The translations under genes and the position numbers were made by a program. 32,000 nt of DNA from Candidatus Nanobsidianus stetteri (lineage in GTDB: Archaea; Nanobdellota; Nanobdellia; Nanobdellales; Nanobdellaceae), in assembly GCA_000387965.1 (NCBI GenBank), contig APJZ01000001.1, positions 120,001 through 152,000 on the forward strand, written 5' to 3'. The notes beneath the pieces were generated by a model. That model worked only from the letters and a program-made list of their open reading frames with translations. It was not told the origin of the DNA and ran no database searches. This document shows positions 8,297-17,600 of the stretch, one piece after another (the stretch's first letter is position 1; every line of letters starts with the position of its first letter).

Positions 8297-9571
8297 ATGA
8301 TGGATAAAAATATTATAAAATTACTTTTATGGAAAAAGCCAGCAATAGAAGTATTAAATGAAGAAAAAGCAAATAAAATAAATAATTTCAGACATTATAT
8401 AGGATATGAAATATCTGGATATGTGCATTTAGGTACTGCAGTTGTATCAGGATATAAATTAATTGATTTTATGAATTTTGCAGAAACAGAAGTATTTTTA
8501 GCGGATTGGCATTCAGTAATAAATAATAAATTGGGAGGGGATCCTGAAGTAATTAAAAGAATTGCAAGAGGATATTTTACTGAAGCAATGAAACAAACAA
8601 TAAAATCTTTGGGTGGAGATCCTGATAAAGTAAAATTTGTTTTAGCATCAGAAATATATAATAATGATTATTGGGCAGAAGTAATTAAAATTGGAAAAAA
8701 TACTACATTAAATAGATTACTAAGATCTATTACAATTATGGGAAGAAAATATGAAGAATCAATGCCATCTGCAAATTTAATATATCCATTAATGCAGGCT
8801 GCAGATATAATATTTCAAAAGATAAATATCGCACATGCTGGAATTGATCAAAGAAAGGCACATGTAATTACAATTGAATATGCTGATAAAATAAATTATG
8901 ATTTAATTGCAGTACATCATCAATTAATAACAAACCTACAATTACCATATGAAACATTCCAAAAATTAAAATCTGGAAATATAAAAGAAGCTAAGGAAGA
9001 ATTATCTGAACTAAAAATGTCTAAATCTATACCAGGTTCTGCAATATTTGTTCATGATAGTCCCTCAGAAATTATTGATAAAATAAATAAAGCATTCTGT
9101 CCTCAAAAAGAATTAGAATTCAATCCAATATGGGAAATAGTTGAATATTTAATATTTAGGGACCAGGAAGGTTATGGGATAATAAAATATTTATATGAAA
9201 ATAATTTATATAAAATAGAAAATATTGAAAAAATAAATTATGATATATATGAAGAATTAAAGAATAATAATAAGATAAATTGGAATGAAATATATAAAAT
9301 AATTGATAAAGAATCCAATGAATTATATAAATATTCATATAAAGATATTGAATTTGAGATAATTAATGAAAAAACTGGAGAGAGAAAAGTATATAATAAT
9401 TTATGGGATTTAAGAAAAGATTGGATTGAAGGAAAAATACATCCACTAGATTTTAAGAAAGCTGTTGGAAAATGGTTAGCAAATAAATTAGAACCTGTAT
9501 ATAAATATTTTACTGAGGGATCTGGTAAGAAATATAAAGAAGAATTAGATTCTGTTAAGATCACTAGGTAG
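8297..9571 (+). CDS. tyrS: tyrosyl-tRNA synthetase (archaeal type, with a low-complexity insertion)
   Basis: 424 aa. HIGH-like YVHLGT, LADWHS, YPLMQAADI, GIDQRKAH, KMSKS, DSPSEIIDKINKAFCP, and C-terminal GKIHPLDFKKAVGKWLANKLEPV, which aligns by eye with M. jannaschii TyrRS. Confidence 0.85.
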   Translation: MMDKNIIKLLLWKKPAIEVLNEEKANKINNFRHYIGYEISGYVHLGTAVVSGYKLIDFMNFAETEVFLADWHSVINNKLGGDPEVIKRIARGYFTEAMKQTIKSLGGDPDKVKFVLASEIYNNDYWAEVIKIGKNTTLNRLLRSITIMGRKYEESMPSANLIYPLMQAADIIFQKINIAHAGIDQRKAHVITIEYADKINYDLIAVHHQLITNLQLPYETFQKLKSGNIKEAKEELSELKMSKSIPGSAIFVHDSPSEIIDKINKAFCPQKELEFNPIWEIVEYLIFRDQEGYGIIKYLYENNLYKIENIEKINYDIYEELKNNNKINWNEIYKIIDKESNELYKYSYKDIEFEIINEKTGERKVYNNLWDLRKDWIEGKIHPLDFKKAVGKWLANKLEPVYKYFTEGSGKKYKEELDSVKITR

Positions 9572-9605
9572 TTTCTTTTATAAATTTTTTTATCAATGAT
9601 AATTT

Positions 9606-9941
9606 ATGAAGATAGACAAAATGATTAACAATTTAATCATGTTAATCGGTTTATATAGATTACATGCAAAAAAATTATTTAATAAAATTCAAGATAATGA
9701 GGCAAAAATGTTATTATTAATGTCATTTAAAGATAATGATATATTAAATATTTTGGAAGATATTGTTGATAGAAAGAAAATATTTGATGAATATATAAGG
9801 AATAATCAAATAAAGAAAGCTTACTTAGTATATAAGGATATTGAATATAAATATAAATTGGCTGAATCAATATTATATAATAGAATTGAAGATTTAGTTA
9901 AAATAAGAGCTTTAGATATTGTAAAATCTAAAAAGAATTAA
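9606..9941 (+). CDS. hypothetical protein (helical, 111 aa)
   Basis: ORF only; no motif recognised. Confidence 0.4.
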   Translation: MKIDKMINNLIMLIGLYRLHAKKLFNKIQDNEAKMLLLMSFKDNDILNILEDIVDRKKIFDEYIRNNQIKKAYLVYKDIEYKYKLAESILYNRIEDLVKIRALDIVKSKKN

Positions 9942-10159
9942 TCCTTTCTCTTTACCTTATATAAAGGTATTTTTCCTTTATATGATAAATATACATAGAC
10001 ATCTATAACAATTAGTATTAATATAATTAACGTTGACATGTAATATAAATTTTTATATGGTAAATTAATTAATGTATTTGCTATTATTGCGATAACTATC
10101 AATGTAATTATTAAAGAAATATAAAGTTCGTATTTTGTTGCATACAATTCTTCTTCCAT
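9938..10159 (-). CDS. small hypothetical membrane protein (2 TM)
   Basis: 73 aa with two hydrophobic helices (LYISLIITLIVIAIIANTLI; YYMSTLIILILIVIDVYVYL). The C/D sRNA lies 30 nt upstream on the same strand. Confidence 0.4.
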   Translation of the reverse strand: MEEELYATKYELYISLIITLIVIAIIANTLINLPYKNLYYMSTLIILILIVIDVYVYLSYKGKIPLYKVKRKD

Positions 10160-10188
10160 TAATAACTATTTTATAAAATATTAAAAAA

Positions 10189-10237
10189 TCTGAGCTCAAG
10201 ACCCTCATCATTTATCAGCCGATGAGTTTTTCTTCAT
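10189..10237 (-). ncRNA. box C/D sRNA (2'-O-methylation guide), double-guide architecture
   Basis: Minus-strand read: AUGAAGA (C) - AAAACUCAUCGG (12 nt) - CUGA (D') - UAA - AUGAUGA (C') - GGGUCUUGAGCU (12 nt) - CAGA (D), followed by U6. Same box variants and the identical central CUGAUAAAUGAUGA as the sRNA at 2233-2281. Confidence 0.75.
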
Positions 10238-10637
10238 TATAAAGATATTATAAAAAATTTATTTTAAAAATGATCGTTTATTTTCCAAATCAATATAATT
10301 ATATTTATTTAGATAACATTTTCTTAATTTTATTCCTAAAGAATAAATATAACAATGTGAGGATAATTCTTTTTATAATATTAGTATCTAATACTGTTAG
10401 ATATTGAAGGTATTTTTATAGATATTTTATAATTTGTATTATAAAAAGTATTTATTTCCATTTTTAATCCCATTAAATATTCTAATGCTATTTTACATCT
10501 AACCTTTAATAAATAAATATAAAATCTTTCAAATTTTTTCAAGACTATCCTTTATAAAGCTAATACTTACACTTTGATCATGTCTTCTGTAATATGACGA
10601 TAACGATTGATCTTTAATTATTTTGACTCTATGATTA

Positions 10638-10650
10638 TAGATTTTTTAAA
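10638..10650 (+). terminator. cassette-boundary T-tract (TAGATTTTTTA), copy 0, with no ORF upstream
   Basis: Same motif as the T-tracts that follow the three paralogous genes. Archaeal terminators are oligo-T runs. Confidence 0.35.
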
Positions 10651-10654
10651 AATG

Positions 10655-10710
10655 TTTATTTATTACAATTACATAATTATGGTATTAAGATAAATTTATA
10701 AATTTTCTTA
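10655..10710 (+). promoter_or_regulatory. conserved upstream element, copy 1 (imperfect palindrome plus TATA-like box)
   Basis: TTTATTTATTACAATTACATAATTATGGTATTAAGATAAATTTATAAATTTTCTTA. The AAATTTATAAATT box lies ~33 nt before ATG 10724. Near-identical to the copies at 11536 and 12266. Confidence 0.6.
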
Positions 10711-10723
10711 TGTGATACATAGT

Positions 10724-11395
10724 ATGGACAGCCCACAACTAGATGAAAGATCCAATAAGTTAATAGATATGTTAATAGAAAAGACTAACAATTTGCTAAT
10801 AAAAAGTTATGCGGGGGATCTAAAGGAGCTGTTAGATAAACTTTATAGAAATGTACAAAAAGAGGGAGGAATATCTCATCCAAAAGAATACCAGGGAACA
10901 ATAGAGCTTATACAAGGTAAATGTAAGATTACAATAAAAGTTTCTAGTGAAAACATGACATCTGAGTGTTATTCGAAATTAGAACCTTTACCCGATAAAA
11001 TGGAATGTACCAGTCATGATACTATAGTTGGTTCTATATATAGGCAATTTAATGTTTCTAATTCCGTTCATTTAATGGAAAATATAAAAGACATAATTAC
11101 AAATATGAGTAAAATTATATATTCGAGAGTATCTACGAATATAGATAACCAAAATATATCCATAAGTATAGCTTTTGTTAGGTATTTAACAACAAACAAA
11201 GAGAATTCAAAAGCATGTGAATTACGTAAATACAATAATATAGTCACCTTTGATGATGGTGAATTCGCTTTTACTATATTTCACCTTGATGACCTTGATA
11301 AAAGAATTGAAGAGAATAATTTATATTCATATAAAAAACATGCACGTACATATTTCGGAGATAATATTTCATATAATAGAGGATGTTATATTTAG
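10724..11395 (+). CDS. hypothetical protein, tandem paralog 1 (most divergent)
   Basis: The track ORF starts at GTG 10712. ATG 10724 sits at the position homologous to the starts of paralogs 2 and 3 relative to the shared TATA-like box. Shares LPDKMEC, QNISISI and DDGEFAFTIF blocks with paralog 3. No TM segment or signal peptide. Confidence 0.6.
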   Translation: MDSPQLDERSNKLIDMLIEKTNNLLIKSYAGDLKELLDKLYRNVQKEGGISHPKEYQGTIELIQGKCKITIKVSSENMTSECYSKLEPLPDKMECTSHDTIVGSIYRQFNVSNSVHLMENIKDIITNMSKIIYSRVSTNIDNQNISISIAFVRYLTTNKENSKACELRKYNNIVTFDDGEFAFTIFHLDDLDKRIEENNLYSYKKHARTYFGDNISYNRGCYI

Positions 11396-11460
11396 AAAAT
11401 ATAATGTATTGAATATAAGAATTACATAGCCACCTTTAAGTTTAAATTTTTTAGCTTTGT

Positions 11461-11477
11461 TAGATTTTTTATTTCAA
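11461..11477 (+). terminator. cassette-boundary T-tract TAGATTTTTTATTTCAA, copy 1
   Basis: Oligo-T run downstream of paralog 1, repeated after each paralog. Confidence 0.45.
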
Positions 11478-11535
11478 AAATGATTACATTATTCTATAAT
11501 TATTTGATTGCTAATTTTTATCTTTGATTTTTAAT

Positions 11536-11590
11536 TTTATTTATTACAATTACATAACTATGGCATAATATAAATTTACAAATTTTCTAT
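11536..11590 (+). promoter_or_regulatory. conserved upstream element, copy 2
   Basis: TTTATTTATTACAATTACATAACTATGGCATAATATAAATTTACAAATTTTCTAT. The TATA-like box lies 34 nt before ATG 11605. Confidence 0.6.
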
Positions 11591-11604
11591 ATAAATATAA
11601 TATT

Positions 11605-12222
11605 ATGTACAATCGGCAATCATATAAAAGTTATGAAAAAACATATGATTTATTAGAAAAAAATAAGAAATTGGAACTAGAATATCCTATAAGAGAAATA
11701 AGGGGCTTATTTTACTTGATATCTAAACATATACAAGAAAATGCTAATTTACCCAAAATAGAAAGACTTACTGCAGTAATAGATTTATATTGCAATATGC
11801 ACAATGAACCTACGTCGTGTATATATGATACTAAAATGGACATCTATAATGATAAATATAAACTAATTGGCTGTTCTTCAAAAAAACAAGATGAATCTTA
11901 TGAAATTAAATGCACTAATTATAATGATATATCATTTATTGATTTATCTAATTCTCCTCAAATCACTTATTCTCTAGAAGGTATAAAATATTTAATTCTA
12001 AGTGCATATAATACATTGTATCCAGGAATACTAATAGATATGAGTGAGCGAGGTAATCAATATATAGATATAATCACAAAAGTTTCTATGAATTTAAACA
12101 ATTCAACAAACGAGAATCCAAAAATGTTTGTAGATAATAATTTATTTATTTTTAACAGTGATGGATTTATTATTGAGATATTTTGGGAATTTTATCACAG
12201 TCCTAAGCTATATCTATTTTAG
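11605..12222 (+). CDS. hypothetical protein, tandem paralog 2
   Basis: 205 aa. Aligns by eye with paralog 3 over the full length (MY...LLEK...EY.I.E...KIE...LYC-x-C.YD.K..IYN...C.NY.D.S...SN...Y.EG...AYPG.L...DNN...DGF.I.I.W). Confidence 0.65.
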   Translation: MYNRQSYKSYEKTYDLLEKNKKLELEYPIREIRGLFYLISKHIQENANLPKIERLTAVIDLYCNMHNEPTSCIYDTKMDIYNDKYKLIGCSSKKQDESYEIKCTNYNDISFIDLSNSPQITYSLEGIKYLILSAYNTLYPGILIDMSERGNQYIDIITKVSMNLNNSTNENPKMFVDNNLFIFNSDGFIIEIFWEFYHSPKLYLF

Positions 12223-12228
12223 CCTTTA

Positions 12229-12245
12229 TAGATTTTTTATTTCAA
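12229..12245 (+). terminator. cassette-boundary T-tract TAGATTTTTTATTTCAA, copy 2
   Basis: Identical 17-mer to 11461-11477, immediately after the paralog 2 stop. Confidence 0.45.
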
Positions 12246-12265
12246 TTTATCTTTGACTTTATAAT

Positions 12266-12320
12266 TTTGTTTATTACAATTGCATAACTAGGATATAAGA
12301 CAAATTTACAAATTTTTTAT
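12266..12320 (+). promoter_or_regulatory. conserved upstream element, copy 3
   Basis: TTTGTTTATTACAATTGCATAACTAGGATATAAGACAAATTTACAAATTTTTTAT. Hand count gives 8 mismatches in 55 nt against copy 2. Confidence 0.6.
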
Positions 12321-12333
12321 ATAGTATAATATT

Positions 12334-12927
12334 ATGTATGATCAACCAGCAGATAAAAGTTCTGAAGGAAAATCCGAGTTATTAGAAAAAATTGATAAAT
12401 GGTTACTAGAATATGATATAAAAGAACTAAAGAACTCATTAAATGAAATAGTTGAAAATATAAAAGAAAGGGTTGGTATATCTAAAATAGAAGGATCATA
12501 CACATCCATAAGTTTATATTGCTGTAACAGAGATAATGGACGTATGTGGTGTAAATATGATAGTAAAATAGAAATTTATAATAAAGGCAAAAAAATTAGT
12601 TGTGAACCAAACATACCATTCTTACCCGATAAACTTGAATGTATTAATTATAGGGATAAGTCATTATTTGAGATATCCAATTTACGTGACAAACTTTCTT
12701 ACATAGAAGGTAAAATTCTAGATATACATAAAACAGCATATCCAGGAGTACTTATGAATTTAGGTAATCAATCGATAACTATATCCATAGATACTTACAT
12801 AGATTCCAAACAAGAGACAAAAAAAGCGAATTCAAAAATAATTAAAGATAATAATTCACTTATTTATGAAAAAGATGGTTTTTATATTAGAATATATTGG
12901 CACACTGACGAACCATGTAAGTCCTAA
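12334..12927 (+). CDS. hypothetical protein, tandem paralog 3
   Basis: 197 aa, homologous to paralogs 1 and 2 (see above). Conserved Cys positions: LYCC-x8-C, ISC, LEC. Confidence 0.65.
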   Translation: MYDQPADKSSEGKSELLEKIDKWLLEYDIKELKNSLNEIVENIKERVGISKIEGSYTSISLYCCNRDNGRMWCKYDSKIEIYNKGKKISCEPNIPFLPDKLECINYRDKSLFEISNLRDKLSYIEGKILDIHKTAYPGVLMNLGNQSITISIDTYIDSKQETKKANSKIIKDNNSLIYEKDGFYIRIYWHTDEPCKS

Positions 12928-12944
12928 CTATTTTTAACTTTATT

Positions 12945-12960
12945 TAGATTTTTATTTCAA
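12945..12960 (+). terminator. cassette-boundary T-tract TAGATTTTTATTTCAA, copy 3
   Basis: Same motif (one T shorter) downstream of paralog 3. Confidence 0.45.
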
Positions 12961-13068
12961 AAATTATTTCTAGAAAATTATAAAAATTCTTAATTGATAA
13001 TTTTGTAAAATATTTAATAAAATGTTTATGAAATTAATTGATAACAATACATTATATAATTCTTATAT

Positions 13069-14397
13069 TCAATACATTATATTTTCTAACTCTTTTAAAT
13101 CAAATAAATATGTTTTATCTTCTTTAATTTTTTCTTTAAAACTTTTTGCAAATATTATATAATATTTATTTTTTATATCTAAATTTATATATTCAGATTT
13201 TTCCTTTAAATTTTCCAATATTTCTTTTGTATTTATATTATCATAATACTTACATTCTATTAAATATATATCTTTTGTATTTTCATTATATGCAACTAGA
13301 TCTATTTCTTTATCTTTATACCACCATTTTCCAATTTTTGTAAATTTAAATAATTTGCTTTTTATTAAAAATTGTTTTGCTATATCTTCAAAGACATATC
13401 CTAAATATCTATTATAATCTCTTTTAATATCATTAATATCAAATATACCTTCTTCTATAGAACTTAAATTTGGATAAATATATCTAAACCAAAATCTAAT
13501 AAAGTTATCATTTATATAATATCTACCTGCTCTAGAATTTATTTTTTGATCTATTGGAACAATTCTTTTTATTAATTCTACTTCAATTAAATTTTTTAAA
13601 TATGGACTTAAATCTGTTCTCTCAACCTTTATATAATCTTTAATTTCTTTTATAGTATTTTTACCAAATGATATAGCTTCTAAAATTGATTTATATAAAC
13701 TCGGACTTTCAAATTCATATCTCATCAAAAAATCTACTTCATCTAATATAAATGTTTTCTCTTTTAATTCTTTATCTAACCAATCCCAAAAATTTCCATT
13801 TATTTTTGATAAATAATAAGGATTTCCATCAGCAAATCCATATATTTCTATTAATTCTAAAATATTTTTATCTGGGAAAAATTCTCTTAAATCAAAGAAG
13901 GATATTGGTTTTAATTTATATGATAATGTTTTCCTACCATATAAAGGACTTTTATAACCTAAAACTTTTGATTTTATCATTGATATTGAAGATCCAATTA
14001 TTATTAATTTTATTCTAGAATTTTTTAATATATTATCAACGATATTTTGGAAAATAATTAATATATTTTTATCTTCTTTTATTAAATTTTGAAATTCATC
14101 TATAATTATAACATCTACTTTATCTTTTAAAAAATCAAACAATACTTCCCAATCTTTTTTATATTTATTTAATTCTGGAAAATAATTTAAGCATAAATTA
14201 TAAAATCTATCCAAATTATTCTTTTCTAAAGCTAAATAATATATTCTCTTCATTTTTTCTGTGGCTTTTAATACTAATTCTGTTTTTCCAATTCTCCTTC
14301 TACCATAAATTATTATGAACTCAAATTTGTCACTATTTAAATATTTATTAAGCATGGTTAACTCTTCTTTTCTATTTTTGAAATTTTGTATAATCAT
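13069..14397 (-). CDS. archaeal AAA+ ATPase (Arch_ATPase/ATPase_2 type) with wHTH and a DUF234-type C-terminal PD-(D/E)xK-like domain
   Basis: 442 aa. Walker A YGRRRIGKTEL, Walker B VIIIDEFQ, PLYGR block, wHTH-like KNTIKEIKDYIKVERTDLSPYLKNLIEVELIKR, RYYINDNFIRFWFRYI (the DUF234 hallmark). C-terminal EIDLVAYNENTKDIYLIECKY gives D-x14-E-x-K. Confidence 0.8.
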   Translation of the reverse strand: MIIQNFKNRKEELTMLNKYLNSDKFEFIIIYGRRRIGKTELVLKATEKMKRIYYLALEKNNLDRFYNLCLNYFPELNKYKKDWEVLFDFLKDKVDVIIIDEFQNLIKEDKNILIIFQNIVDNILKNSRIKLIIIGSSISMIKSKVLGYKSPLYGRKTLSYKLKPISFFDLREFFPDKNILELIEIYGFADGNPYYLSKINGNFWDWLDKELKEKTFILDEVDFLMRYEFESPSLYKSILEAISFGKNTIKEIKDYIKVERTDLSPYLKNLIEVELIKRIVPIDQKINSRAGRYYINDNFIRFWFRYIYPNLSSIEEGIFDINDIKRDYNRYLGYVFEDIAKQFLIKSKLFKFTKIGKWWYKDKEIDLVAYNENTKDIYLIECKYYDNINTKEILENLKEKSEYINLDIKNKYYIIFAKSFKEKIKEDKTYLFDLKELENIMY

Positions 14398-14618
14398 AAT
14401 TATACTAATTGTAATTATACATATATAAAGTTTATTATCATTTAACCTTCTTTGTATCTAAGAATAGAAACTTAATTTAAAGATCGTATACTTAAAAGAA
14501 AACTACAATCCAAAAATTACAGAATGAAAATAATTAAATAAAATTAATATAATGCTCCTATTATTTCATACTAAAAGTTAAGGAAAAAATTCATAAATGA
14601 TTTATAAAACATAATATT

Positions 14619-17600
14619 ATGCCCTCTACTAATAATTCTCTAAATCAGCTTGATATCGACGACTTATTAATATGTATTAGAAATGGAGTTCTTCAAGCAC
14701 GTACGGAAGAAGATTTAAGAATTAGAGTATCAAATTGTATTGAAGAAAAAATATTAAAACCATTAAAGGATTTAGGAGAAATAGATATTTCTGAAGGTAA
14801 ATATGAATATACTTTAGCTTCTGGTAAGAGAGTTGATGCTTTATATGGGCATGTTATTATTGAATACAAAGCTCCTGGTAAATTATCAAGAGATTCTGAT
14901 ATTCAAAAAGTAAAGGAACAAGTTATTAAATATATAATCACCGAGGCTGGCGATAAAAGTAATTATGATAAATTTTTAGGTATAATTATTAGCGATAAAA
15001 TTGCTTTTGTTAGATACAATAAAAGAGAGGATAAATGGATATTAAGAGGACCTTATGAAATTAGAAGAGAATCTATTATAAAATTAATAGAAGCTTTAAG
15101 AGGTTTAAGAAGAAAAATTTTAAGTTCTGAAGAGCTTACTAAAGATTTTGGTATGAATTCTCAAACATCTAAAAGGATAATAAGAATACTTTATAAAAAG
15201 TTGTTAAATACAAAAAGTGAAAAAACAAAAATATTATTTGAAGATTGGATGAGGTTATTTAAACAAGCTACAGGTTATGATCCTGATAAATTTAAAGAAT
15301 TAAAAGAATTGGCAGAAGACTACGGATTTGAAAAATCTAATATTAATTATGATATTCTAATTTTTGCAATACATACATATTATGCATTAATAATGAAATT
15401 AATTGCTGCCGAAATAGCTTATCTATATGGAAGTGGTAAATTTTATAAATCATATATTGTGGAACTTGATAATGCTTATACATCTAAAGGTATTGAAGGT
15501 TTAAAAAGTATATTAAAGGAATTAGAAAGTGGAGGTATATTTAAAAAGTTATTGGGTATTGAAAACTTTTTAGAAGGGGATTATTTTTCTTGGTATGTTG
15601 AGGAAATAGATCAAGAATTAGGAGATGCTATTGCTGAAATCGCAAGAAGGCTTTCTGATTATGAAATAGCAACTCCACAATTAGAACCTGAATTTGCTAG
15701 AGATTTATTAAAAGATTTATATCAAAATCTTGTTCCAAGAGATATTAGGCATAGTTTGGGAGAATACTACACACCTGATTGGTTAGCAGAATTAATACTT
15801 AATAAAGTTGGATTACGTTATAAAAATTTAGAAAATATGGGAAAAGAAGATCCTTTAAAACCATTAGAAATTAGAGTTTTAGATCCTGCATGCGGATCAG
15901 GTACTTTTCTCATACTTTATATTAGTAGATTAATAAGATATGCTAATAAACATTACTTAACAGATACATTAGCTAAATATATACTTGAAAATGTTGTTGG
16001 TTATGATTTAAATCCATTGGCAGTCTTAACCGCAAGAACAAATTATTTATTAGCCATTGCAGATCTATTAAAACAGAGTAGCCTAGGAAGTATTGAAATT
16101 CCAATTTACTTAGCAGATTCTATAATGATTGAAACAAAAGCAGAAATTACTGAAAGATATTATATATTAAGAACTGCAGTTGGTGAATTTAAGATACCAG
16201 CTAATATTGCACAAGATATTAATCTTTTAAGAAAAATATTAGATGAAATGAAAATGTGTTTAGAAAATGGCTATACACCTAAAGAATTTGAATTTAGAAT
16301 TTCACCATATAATTTAAATTCTGGAGAAAAGAAAAGTTTAATCGATCTTTATAGAAAATTACTTGATCTTAGACTACAAGGAAAAGATGACGTATGGATA
16401 GCTATAATTAGAAATGCATTTGCTCCAATATTAAATGGTAAATTTGATTATGTAATCGGTAATCCACCATGGATAAATTGGGAGAGTCTACCTGAACAAT
16501 ATAGAGAATCAAGTAAAGAACTTTGGAAAAAATATGGATTATTAGTTATCAAAGGAAAAACTGGATTAGGTAAAGTTAAGAAAGATTTATCTATGTTATT
16601 TTTAGCAAGATGTTTTGATTTATATTTAAAAGTAGGTGGAAAATTAGGGTTTGTAATAACATTTACTGTATTTAAAACACAAGCAGGTGCTGGTTTTAGA
16701 AATTTCTTAGCTACAAAAACAAAAATACATGCTATCCATGATTTAGTAACATTGGCACCATTCGAAGGTGCAACAAATAGAACGGGAATTATTATTGTTG
16801 AAAAAGTTTGCGAATTAGATAATATGAATGATAATGAATGTACAATTATTAAAGAAATAAGAAAAGAAAATATGAATGGTATCAAACATGTTGTATGGAA
16901 TGGAAAGAAAATAGACCCAGATACATCCTTAAAAGATGTTCGCAAAATAACAAAACGTTATAAAATAGTGATGGTACCATTAATCCCTAATGATCCTTCA
17001 TCACCATGGATGCAAGTTAAAGCAAATATTATAAATGCTATTAGAAAGGTAATAAGTGGAAACCAATATTATGAAGCACATGAGGGTGTTTTAACTGCCT
17101 TTAATCAAGTTTATTTCATCAAAGTGGTTGATAAGACTCCTAATGGGATGTTATCTATAGAAAATTCGCCCGAGAGCGGACAAAAGAAAAAAGTCAATGA
17201 AACTATAAAAGACATAAACATCGAACCAGACCTAGTTTATCCATTAATTAGAGGTAGAGATGTAAAGAAATGGTATGTTGATTTCAAAGATAGATTTATT
17301 ATTGTACCACATGACCCAAAAACAGCAAAACCTATTTTGGAGAAAGATATGAAAATTAAATGGCCTCTTACATATAATTATTTACTTAATTATAAGAATG
17401 AATTGGAAAAAAGATCAATACATAAATTATGGGGTAAAGGAAATCCATTTTATTCTATATATGATATAGGTACATATACTTTTGCCCCATATAAAGTTCT
17501 ATGGGGGGCAATATCTGGTGCTATTACTGGTAAAGCTTTAAGTTTTGCCTGTGCAGTTGCTGAACCTGTTAATGAAAAACCAATGATACCCGATCATTCT

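Noticed and set aside
10240-10640. A degraded fourth paralog cassette or other pseudogene upstream of paralog 1. Short ORFs are present, such as 10270-10407 on the plus strand and a 26-aa minus-strand ORF (approximately 10399-10479).
   Set aside because: I could find no residual similarity to the paralog family by eye. Only the boundary T-tract at 10638 supports the idea, so it is mentioned as a hint in the findings but not annotated as a pseudogene.
14398-14425. ATTACAATTA just upstream of the ATPase start resembles the core of the conserved cassette element (TTATTACAATTACATAA), suggesting a shared operator.
   Set aside because: It is a 10-mer in ~75 percent AT DNA, and my rough estimate gives about one chance occurrence per window. 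A similar string (TAATTACAATTG) occurs inside the tyrS coding sequence at ~8873. Its position relative to the start codon also differs from the cassettes.
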